Shown here piece after piece: positions 45,001 through 56,491 of a stretch of DNA of 64,000 nucleotides. Position 1 is the first letter of the stretch. The number at the start of each line of letters is the position of its first letter. The notes beneath the pieces are model-generated. The model saw only the letters and a program-made list of their open reading frames with translations. It did not search any database and was not told the DNA's origin. Origin of the DNA: Eledone cirrhosa (Eukaryota); the NCBI GenBank assembly GCA_964016885.1, contig CAXHJY010000105.1:62001-126000 (forward strand), read 5' to 3'. The translations under genes were made by a program, and so were the position numbers.

Positions 45001-48000
45001 GGAAGTTACTAACACTCCTTCATTCCACTACTTAATAGGAAGTTACTAACACTCTTTCATTCTACTACTTTATAGGAAGTTACTAACACTCCTTCATTCC
45101 ACTACTCTACAGGAAGTTACTAACACTCCTTCATTCCACTACTCTACAGGAACTTACTAACACTCTTTCATTTCACTATTTTATAGGAAGTTACTAACAC
45201 TCCTTCATTCCACTACTCTACAGGAAGTTACTAACACTCCTTCATTCCACTACTTTATAGGAAGTTACTAACACTCTTTCATTCCACTACTTTATAGGAA
45301 GTTACTAACACTCCTTCATTCCACTACTTTATAGGAAGTTACTAACACTCCTTCATTCCACTACTCTACAGAAAGTTACTAACACTCCTTCATTCCACTA
45401 CTTTATAGGAAGTTACTAACACTCTTTCATTCCACTACTTTATAGGAAGTTACTAACACTCCTTCATTCCACTACTTTATAGGAAGTTACTAACACTCCT
45501 TCATTCCACTACTCTACAGGAAGTTACTAACACTCCTTCATTCCACTACTCTACAGGAAGTTACTAACACTCCTTCATTCCACTACTTTATAGGAAGTTA
45601 CTAACACTCCTTCATTCCACTACTCTATAGGAAGTTACTAACACTCCTTCATTCCACTACTCTATAGGAAGTTAATAACACTCTTTCATTCCACTACTTT
45701 ATAGAAAGTTACTAACACTCTTTCATTCCACTACTTTATAGAAAGTTACTAACACTCCTTCATTCCTTTGCTTTATAGGAAGTTACTAACACTCCTTCAT
45801 TCCACTACTCTACAGGAAGTTACTAACACTCCTTCATTCCACTACTTTATAGGAAGTTACTAACACTCTTTCATTCCACTACTTTATAGAAAGTTACTAA
45901 CACTCCTTCATTCCACTACTCTACAGGAAGATACTAACACTCTTTCATTCCACTACTTTATAGGAAGTTACTAACACTCCTTCATTCCACTACTCTACAG
46001 GAAGTTACTAACACTCCTTCATTCCACTACTTTATAGGAAGTTACTAACACTCCTTCATTCCACTACTTTATAGGAAGTTACTAACACTCCTTCATTCCA
46101 CTACTCTACAGGAAGTTACTAACACTCCTTCATTCCACTACTCTACAGGAAGTTACTAACACTCCTTCATTCCACTACTTTATAGGAAGTTACTAACACT
46201 CCTTCATTCCTTTACTTTATAGGAAGTTACTAACACTCCTTCATTCCACTACTCTATAGGAAGTTACTAACACTCTTTCATTCCACTACTTTATAGAAAG
46301 TTACTAATACTCTTTCATTCCACTACTTTATAGGAAGTTACTAACACTCTTTCATTCCACTACTCTACAGGAAGCTACTAACACTCCTTCATTCCACTAC
46401 TTTATAGGAAGTTACTAACACTCCTTCATTCCATTACTCTACAGGAAGTTACTAACACTCCTTCATTCCACTACTTTATAGGAAGTCACTAACACTCCTT
46501 CATTGCACTACTCTACAGGAAGTTACTAACACTCTTTCATTCCACTACTCTACAGGAAGTTACTAACACTCCTTCATTCCACTACACTATATTAAGTTAC
46601 TAACATTCCTTCATTGCACTACTCTACAGGAAGTTACTAACACTCCTTCATTCCACTACTTTATAGGAAGTTACTAACACTCCTTCATTCCACTACTTTA
46701 TAGGAAGTTACTAACATTCTTTCATTCCACTACTCTACAGGAAGTTACTAACACTCCTTCATTCCACTACTCTACAGGAAGTTACTAACACTCCTTCATT
46801 CCACTACTTTATAGGAAGTTACTAACACTCCTTCATTCCACTACTCTACAGGAAGTTACTAACACTCCTTCATTCCACTACTTTATAGGAAGTTACTAAC
46901 ACTCTTTCATTCCACTACTTTATAGAAAGTTACTAACACTCCTTCATTCCACTACTCTACAGGAAGTTACTAACACTCTTTCATTCCACTACTTTATAGG
47001 AAGTTACTAACACTCCTTCATTCCACTACTCTACAGGAAGTTACTAACACTCCTTCATTCCACTACTTTATAGGAAGTTACTAACACTCCTTCATTCCAC
47101 TACTTTATAGGAAGTTACTAACACTCCTTCATTCCACTACTTTATAGGAAGTTACTAACACTCCTTCATTCCACTACTCTACAGGAAGTTACTAACACTC
47201 TTTCATTCCACTACTTTATAGGAAGTTACTAACACTCCTTCATTCCACTACTTTATAGGAAGTTACTAACACTCCTTCATTCCACTACTCTATAGGAAGT
47301 TACAAACACTACTTCATTCCACTACTCTACAGGAAGTTACTAACACTCCTTCATTCCACTACTTTATAGGAAGTTACTAACACTCCTTCATTCCTTTACT
47401 TTATAGGAAGTTACTAACACTCCTTCATTCCACTACTCTATAGGAAGTTACTAACACTCTTTCATTCCACTAATTTATAGAAAGTTACTAACACTCTTTC
47501 ATTCCACTACTTTATAGGAAGTTACTAACACTCTTTCATTCCACTACTCTACAGGAAGCTACTAACACTCCTTCATTCCACTACTTTATAGGAAGTTACT
47601 AACACTCCTTCATTCCACTACTCTACAGGAAGTTACTAACACTCCTTCATTCCACTACTTTATAGGAAGTTACTAACACTCCTTCATTCCACTACTTTAT
47701 AGGAAGTTACTAACACTCCTTCATTCCACTACTCTACAGGAAGTTACTAACACTCCTTCATTCCACTACTCTACAGGAAGTTACTAACACTCTTTCATTC
47801 CACTACTTTATAGGAAGTTACTAACACTCCTTCATTCCACTACTTTATAGGAAGTTACTAACACTCCTTCATTCCACTACTCTATAGGAAGTTACAAACA
47901 CTACTTCATTCCACTACTCTACAGGAAGTTACTAACACTCCTTCATTCCACTACTTTATAGGAAGTTACTAACACTCCTTCATTCCTTTACTTTATAGGA

Positions 48001-51000
48001 AGTTACTAACACTCCTTCATTCCACTACTCTATAGGAAGTTACTAACACTCTTTCATTCCACTACTTTATAGAAAGTTACTAACACTCTTTCATTCCACT
48101 ACTTTATAGGAAGTTACTAACACTCTTTCATTCCACTACTCTACAGGAAGCTACTAACACTCCTTCATTCCACTACTTTATAGGAAGTTACTAACACTCC
48201 TTCATTCCACTACTCTACAGGAAGTTACTAACACTCCTTCATTCCACTATTTATAGGAAGTTACTAACACTCCTTCATTGCACTACTCTACAGGAAGTTA
48301 CTAACACTCTTTCATTCCACTACTCTACAGGAAGTTACTAACACTCCTTCATTCCACTACTCTATATTAAGTTACTAACATTCCTTCATTGCACTACTCT
48401 ACAGGAAGTTACTAACACTCCTTCATTCCACTACTTTATAGGAAGTTACTAACACTCCTTCATTCCACTACTTTATAGGAAGTTACTAACATTCTTTCAT
48501 TCCACTACTCTACAGGAAGTTACTAACACTCCTTCATTCTACTACTCTACAGGAAGTTACTAACACTCCTTCATTCCACTACTCTACAGGAAGTTACTAA
48601 CACTCCTTCATTCCACTACTTTATAGGAAGTTACTAACACTCCTTCATTCCACTACTCTACAGGAATTTACTAACACTCCTTCATTCCACTACTTTATAG
48701 GAAGTTACTAACACTCCTTCATTCCACTACTTTATAGGAAGTTACTAACAGTCTTTCATTCCACTACTTTATAGGAAGTTACTAACAATCCTTCATTCCA
48801 CTACTCTACAGGAAGTTACTAACACTCCTTTATCCCACTACTCTATAGGAAGTTACTAACACTCTTTCATTCCACTACTTTATAGGAAGTTACTAACACT
48901 CCTTCATTCCACTACTCTACAGGAAGTTACTAACACTCCTTTATCCCACTACTCTATAGGAAGTTACTAACACTCCTTCATTCCACCACTTTATAGGAAG
49001 TTACTAACACTCCTTCATTCCTTTACTTTATAGGAAGTTTCTAACACTCTTTCATTCCACTACTTTATAGGAAGTTACTAACACTCCTTCATTCCACTAC
49101 TCTACGGGAAGTTACTAACACTCCTTCATTGCACTACTCTACAGGAAGTTACTAACACTCTTTCATTCCACTACTCTACAGGAAGTTACTAACACTCCTT
49201 CATTCCACTACTCTATATTAAGTTACTAACATTCCTTCATTGCACTACTCTATAGGAAGTTACTACCACTCCTTCATTCCACTACTTTATAGGAAGTTAC
49301 TAACACTCCTTCATTCCACTACTTTATAGGAAGTTACTAACATTCCTTCATTGCACTACTCTACAGGAAGTTACTAACACTCCTTCATTCCACTACTTTA
49401 TAGGAAGTTACTAACACTCCTTCATTCCACTACTTTATAGGAAGTTACTAACATTCTTTCATTCCACTACTCTACAGGAAGTTACTAACACTCCTTCATT
49501 CCACTACTCTACAGGAAGTTACTAACACTCTTTCATTCCACTACTTTATAGGAAGTTACTAACACTCCTTCATTCCACTACTTTATAGGAAGTTACTAAC
49601 ACTCCTTCATTCCACTACTCTACAGGAAGTTACTAACACTCCTTCATTCCACTACTTTATAGGAAGTTACTAACACTCTTTCATTCCACTACTTTATAGA
49701 AAGTTACTAACACTCGTTCATTCCACTACTCTACAGGAAGTTACTAACACTCTTTCATTCCACTACTTTATAGGAAGTTACTAACACTCCTTCATTCCAC
49801 TACTCTACAGGAAGTTACTAACACTCCTTCATTCCACTACTTTATAGGAAGTTACTAACACTCCTTCATTCCACTACTTTATAGGAAGTTACTAACACTC
49901 CTTCATTCCACTACTCTACAGGAAGTTACTAACACTCCTTCATTCCACTACTCTACAGGAAGTTACTAACACTCTTTCATTCCACTACTTTATAGGAAGT
50001 TACTAACACTCCTTCATTCCACTACTTTATAGGAAGTTACTAACACTCCTTCATTCCACTACTCTATAGGAAGTTACTAACACTCCTTCATTCCACTACT
50101 CTACAGGAAGTTACTAACACTCCTTCATTCCACTACTTTATAGGAAGTTACTAACACTCCTTCATTCCTTTACTTTATAGGAAGTTACTAACATTCCTTC
50201 ATTCCACTACTCTATAGGAAGTTACTAACACTCTTTCATTCCACTACTTTATAGAAAGTTACTAACACTCTTTCATTCCACTACTTTATAGGAAGTTACT
50301 AACACTCTTTCATTCCACTACTCTACAGGAAGCTACTAACACTCCTTCATTCCACTACTTTATAGGAAGTTACTAACACTCCTTCATTCCACTACTCTAC
50401 AGGAAGTTACTAACACTCCTTCATTCCACTACTTTATAGGAAGTTACTAACACTCCTTCATTGCACTACTCTACAGGAAGTTACTAACACTCTTTCATTC
50501 CACTACTCTACAGGAAGTTACTAACACTCCTTCATTCCACTACTCTATATTAAGTTACTAACATTCCTTCATTGCACTACTCTACAGGAAGTTACTAACA
50601 CTCCTTCATTCCACTACTTTATAGGAAGTTACTAACACTCCTTCATTCCACTACTTTATAGGAAGTTACTAACATTCTTTCATTCCACTACTCTACAGGA
50701 AGTTACTAACACTCCTTCATTCTACTACTCTACAGGAAGTTACTAACACTCCTTCATTCCACTACTCTACAGGAAGTTACTAACACTCCTTCATTCCACT
50801 ACTTTATAGGAAGTTACTAACATCCCTTCATTCCACTACTCTATAGGAAGTTACTAACACTCCTTCATTCCACTACTCTACAGGAAGTTACTAACACTCC
50901 TTCATTCCACTACTTTATAGGAAGTTACTAACACTCTTTCATTCCACTACTTTATAGGAAGTTACTAACAGTCTTTCATTCCACTACTTTATAGGAAGTT

Positions 51001-54000
51001 ACTAACACTCCTTCATTCCACTACTTTATAGGAAGTTACTAACACTCCTTCATTCCACTACTCTACAGGAAGTTACTAACACTCCTTTATCCCACTACTC
51101 TATAGGAAGTTACTAACACTCTTTCATTCCACTACTTTATAGGAAGTTACTAACACTCCTTCATTCCACTACTCTATAGGAAGTTACTAACACTCCTTCA
51201 TTCCACTACTCTACAGGAAGTTACTAACACTCCTTCATTCCACTACTTTATAGGAAGTTACTAACACTCCTTCATTCCTTTACTTTATAGGAAGTTACTA
51301 ACACTCTTTCATTCCACTACTTTATAGGAAGTTACTAACACTCCTTCATTCCACTACTCTACGGGAAGTTACTAACACTCCTTCATTGCACTACTCTACA
51401 GGAAGTTACTAACACTCTTTCATTCCACTACTCTACAGGAAGTTACTAACACTCCTTCATTCCACTACTCTATATTAAGTTACTAACATTCCTTCATTGC
51501 ACTACTCTACAGGAAGTTACTAACACTCCTTCATTCCACTACTTTATAGGAAGTTACTAACACTCCTTCATTCCACTACTTTATAGGAAGTTACTAACAT
51601 TCTTTCATTCCACTACTCTAAAGGAAGTTACTAACACTCCTTCATTCCACTACTCTACAGGAAGTTACTAACACTCCTTCATTCCACTACTCTACAGGAA
51701 GTTACTAACACTCCTTCGTTCCACTACTTTATAGGAAGTTACTAACATTCCTTCATTCCACTACTCTATAGGAAGTTACTAACACTCCTTCATTCCACTA
51801 CTCTACAGGAAGTTACTAACACTCCTTCATTCCACTACTTTATAGGAAGTTACTAACACTCTTTCATTCCACTACTTTATAGGAAGTTACTAACACTCCT
51901 TCATTCCACTACTCTATAGGAAGTTACTAACCCTCCTTCATTCCACTACGCTACAGGAAGTTACTAACACTCCTTCATTCCACCACTTTATAGGAAGTTA
52001 CTAACACTCCTTCATTCCTTTACTTTATAGGACGTTACTAACACTCTTTCATTCCACTACTTTATAGGAAGTTACTAACACTCCTTCATTCCACTACTCT
52101 ACGGGAAGTTACTAACACTCTTTCATTCCACTACTTTATAGGAAGTTACTAACACTCCTTCATTCCACTACTTTATAGGAAGTTACTAACACTCCTTCAT
52201 TCCACTACTTTATAGGAAGTTACGAACACTCTTTCATTCCACTACTTTATAGGAAGTTACTAACACTCCTTCATTCCACTACTTTATAGGAAGTTACTAA
52301 CACTACTTCATTCCACTACTCTAAAGGAAGTTACTAACACTCCTTCATTCCACTACTTTATAGGAAGTTACTAACACTCCTTCATTCCACTACTTTATAG
52401 GAAGTTACTAACACTCTTTCATTCCACTACTTTATAGGAAGTTACTAACACTCCTTCATTCCACTACTCTACAGGAAGTTACTAACACTCCTTCATTCCA
52501 CTACTCTACAGGAACTTACTAACACTCTTTCATTCCACTATTTATAGGAAGTTACTAACACTCCTTCATTCCACTACTCTACAGGAAGTTACTAACACTC
52601 TTTCATTCTACTACTTTATAGGAAGTTACTAACACTCCTTCATTCCACTACTTTATAGGATGTTCCTAACACTCTTTCATTCCACTATTTTATAGGAAGT
52701 TACTAACACTCCTTCATTCCACTACTCTACAGGAAGTTACTAACACTCCTTCATTCCACTACTCTACAGAAAGTTACTAACACTCCTTCATTCCACTACT
52801 TTATAGGAAGTTACTAACACTCTTTCATTCCACTACTTTATAGGAAGTTACTAACACTCCTTCATTCCACTACTTTATAGGAAGTTACTAACACTCCTTC
52901 ATTCCACTACTCTATAGGAAGTTACTAACACTCTTTCATTCCACTACTTTATAGGAAGTTACTAACACTCCTTCATTCCACTACTCTACAGGAAGTTACT
53001 AACACTCCTTCATTCCACTACTCTACAGGAAGTTACTAACACTCCTTCATTCCACTACTTTATAGGAAGTTACTAACACTCCTTCATTCCACTACTCTAT
53101 AGGAAGTTACTAACACTCCTTCATTCCACTACTCTATAGGAAGTTAATAACACTCTTTCATTCCACTACTTTATAGAAAGTTACTAACACCCTTTCATTC
53201 CACTACTTTATAGGAAGTTACTAACACTCTTTCATTCCACTACTCTACAGGAAGTTACTAACACTCCTTCATTCCACTACTTTATAGGAAGTTACTAACA
53301 CTCCTTCATTGCACTACTCTACAGGAAGTTACTAACACTCTTTCATTCCACTACTCTACAGGAAGTTACTAACACTCCTTCATTCCACTACTTTATAGGA
53401 AGTTACTAACACTCCTTCATTCCACTACTCTACAGGAAGTTACTAACACCCCTTCATTCCACTACTCTACAGGAAGTTACTAACACTCTTTCATTCCACT
53501 ACTTTATAGGAAGTTACTAACACTCCTTCATTCCACTACTTTATAGGAAGTTACTAACACTCCTTCATTCCACTACTCTATAGGAAGTTACTAACACTCC
53601 TTCATTCCACTACTCTACAGGAAGTTACTAACACTCCTTCATTCCACTTCTTTATAGGAAGTTACTAACACTCCTTCATTCCTTTACTTTATTGGAATTT
53701 ACTAACACTCCTTCATTCCACTACTCTATAGAAAGTTACTAACACTCTTTCATTCCACTACTTTATAGGAAGTTACTAACACTCTTTCATTCCACTACTC
53801 TACAGGAAGCTACTAACACTCCTTCATTCCACTACTTTATAGGAAGTTACTAACATTCCTTCATTCAACTACTCTACAGGAAGTTACTAACACTCCTTCA
53901 TTCCACTACTTTATAGGAAGTTACTAACACTCCTTCATTGCACTACTCTACAGGAAGTTACTAACACTCTTTCATTCCACTACTCTACAGGAAGTTACTA

Positions 54001-55688
54001 ACACTCCTTCATTCCACTACTCTATATTAAGTCACTAACATTCCTTCATTGCACTACTCTACAGGAAGTTACTAACACTCCTTCATTCCACTACTTTATA
54101 GGAAGTTACTAACACTCCTTCATTCCACTACTTTATAGGAAGTTACTAACATTCTTTCATTCCACTACTCTACAGGAAGTTACTAACACTCCTTCATTCC
54201 ACTACTCTACAGGAAGTTACTAACACTCCTTCATTCCACTACTTTATAGGAAGTTACTAACACTCCTTCATTCCACTACTTTATAGGAAGTTACTAACAC
54301 TCCTTCATTCCACTACTCTATAGGAAGTTACTAACACTCCTTCATTCCACTACTCTATAGGAAGTTACTAACACTCCTTCATTCCTCTACTCTACAGGAA
54401 GTTACTAACACTCCTTCATTCCACTATTCTACAGGAAGTTACTAACACTCCTTCTTTCCACTACTTTATAGGAAGTTACTAACATTCCTTAATTCCACTA
54501 CTCTATAGGAAGTTATTACTAACACTCCTTCATTCCACTACTTTATAGAAAGTTACTAACACTCCTTCATTCCATTCCACTACTCTATAGGAATTTATTA
54601 CTAACACTCCTTCATTCCACTACTCTATAGGAAGTTATTACTAACACTCCTTCATTCCACTACTCTATAGGAAGTTACTAATACTCATTCATTCCATTCC
54701 ACTACTCTATAGGAAGTTACTAACACTCCTTCATTCCACTACTTTATAGGAAGTTACTAACATTCCTTCATTCCACTACTCTATAGGAAGTTACTAACAC
54801 TCCTTCATTCCACTACTCTATAGGAAGTTACTATCATTCCTTCATTCCACTACTCTATAGGAAGTTACTAATACTCCTTCATTCCACTACTCTATAGGAA
54901 GTTACTAATACTCCTTCATTCCACTACTCTATAGGAAGTTACTAAAACTCCTTCCACTACTCTATAGGAAGTCACTAACATTCCTTCATTCCACTACTCT
55001 ATAGGAGCTTATTACTAACACTCCTTCATTTCACTACTTTATAGGAAATTACTAACTCCTTCATTCCATTCCACTACTCTATAGGAAGTTACTAACACTC
55101 CTTCATTCCATTTCACTACTCTATAGGAAGTTATTACTAACACTCCTTCATTCCACTACTTTATAGGAAGTTACTAAAACTCCTTTATTCCACTACTCTA
55201 TAGGAAGTTACTAATACTCCTTCATTCCATCCCACTATTCTATAGAAAGTTATTACTAACACTCCTTCATTCCACTACTTTATAGGAAGTTAGTAATACT
55301 CCTTCATTGCATTCCACTACTCTATAGGAAGTTATTACTAACACTCCTTCATTCCACTACTCTATAGGAAGTTACTAACACTCCTTCATTCCACTACTCT
55401 ATAGGAAGTTACTAATACTCCTTCATTGCATTCCACTACTCTATAGGAAGTTATTACTAACACTCCTTCATTCCACTACTCTATAGGAAGTTACTAACAC
55501 TCCTTCATTCCACTACTCTATAGGAAGTTACTAATACTCCTTCATTCCATTCCACTATAGGAAGTTATTACTAACACTCCTTCATTCCACTACTCTATAG
55601 GAAGTTACTAACACTCCTTCATTCCACTACTCTATAGGAAGTTACTAATACTCCTTCATTCCATTCCACTACTCTATAGGAAGTTATT
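1..55688. repeat. Satellite DNA array, 37-bp monomer, about 1,500 head-to-tail copies; open at the left window edge
   Basis: Period read directly: CATTCCACTACTTTACAGGAAGTTACTAACACTCCTT restarts at 1, 38, 75 and so on. Four common dimorphic sites (ttC/Gcac, actT/Cta, taC/Tagg, ctcC/Ttt) plus rare variants. Almost no indels before about 54,480. Ends at ...GGAAGTTATT (55,688). Confidence 0.99.
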
Positions 55689-56366
55689 TCTAAGATATCT
55701 TCCTCACAATTTGGATTTATCCCCAACTCCAGCTGCTGTGATCAACTTAGCAAGTTTCTTGAAGACATCAACTGGATCACTGATGGCGGCTCATGGGTGG
55801 ATGTTGTTTACCTTGACTTTGCTAAAGCTTTCAATTCTATGCCACACAAAAGACTTAAGGCAAAACTCTCTGCAATGTGTGTGAAGGATGATCTTTTTAA
55901 CTGGTTGAAATCCTTCATTCTCAGTTGAAAAGAGGTAGTCACGGTTCTGGGACAGCATTCCTCACCATATGAGATGTCATCTGGTGTACCACAGGGATCT
56001 GTTCTTGGTCCTTTTTTGTTTGTGGCATATATTAATGACATAGATGCCAACTTAAAGAATGCCACAGTACTGAAATATGCAGATGACATCAAGCTGTACC
56101 TTGAGATAAAAAGGACAGATCCTGAAATCTACAACTCTTTCCTACAATCAAACCTGGACACTATACAGCAATAGATCACAGACTGGCAACTCAAGCTAGC
56201 TGTGGACAAGTGCACCACCATGCATTTTGGGAGTAAAAACCCAGCATCCACATACTCCCTCCACAACACTAATATCAAGAAGTCTTCTTGTGAACGTAAC
56301 CTGGGCATTACTGTCAACAGTGATTTGTGTTAGACAAAGCACCTCTCTAAAATTGCCAAGAAGGCT
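55689..56366 (+). mobile_element. Decayed non-LTR retrotransposon (CR1/L2-group LINE) ORF2 reverse-transcriptase fragment
   Basis: Manual translation in one frame: SKISSSQFGFIPNSSCCDQL...VDVVYLDFAKAFNSMPHKRL...WLKSFILS*KEVVTV...SGVPQGSVLGPFLFVAYIND...YADDIKLY...LQSNLDTIQQ*ITDWQLKLAVDKC...ERNLGITVNSDLC*TKHLSKIAKKA. QxGF, LDFxKAF, GVPQGSVLGP and YADD are canonical LINE RT motifs. Three in-frame stops (55,926, 56,172, 56,331), no frameshift, truncated at both ends. Confidence 0.95.
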
Positions 56367-56410
56367 CTCTCTTTCTTTCTCTCAAGCTCTTTCTCTCTCT
56401 CTCTCTCTTT
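56365..56410. repeat. Imperfect (CT)n / pyrimidine microsatellite
   Basis: ctctctctttctttctctcaagctctttctctctctctctctcttt, read directly after the LINE fragment. Confidence 0.85.
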
Positions 56411-56439
56411 CACTGACACACTTTTTTTTTCCTTTCAAG
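56411..56439 (+). promoter_or_regulatory. Candidate 3' splice acceptor for the ATG-containing exon
   Basis: CACTGAC (CTRAY branch-like) at 56,411-56,417, then CTTTTTTTTTCCTTTC and AAG|C ending at 56,439, 52 nt before the ATG. AAG is a less common acceptor than YAG; an alternative TACAG|C ends at 56,471. Confidence 0.55.
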
Positions 56440-56491
56440 CTTACCTTTTATCGTTCCCACCAAATCTACAGCTACCGGCAACAGCAGTGAC

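Noticed and set aside
1-55688. CRISPR array (37-bp repeat with small dyads TTCC..GGAA and GTTA-C-TAAC)
   Set aside because: Repeats are head-to-tail with no unique spacers, there are no cas genes, and the context is a spliced eukaryotic gene.
1-55688. Protein coding or a digital code in the dimorphic monomer sites
   Set aside because: The 37-bp period cycles through all frames and hits TAA/TAG stops, and the ORF track shows nothing here. The variant order is explained by nested duplication.
55911-55920. TCCTTCATTC inside the LINE matching the satellite monomer
   Set aside because: Only 10 bp, low complexity, and it encodes the expected WLKSFI region of the RT.
55808-56317. Minus-strand ORFs of 94 aa and 62 aa
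   Set aside because: They are antisense shadows of the LINE RT frame.
56227-56490. 87-aa plus-strand ORF
   Set aside because: It is an off-frame read through LINE sequence and the CT microsatellite (SLSLSL) with no recognisable domain.
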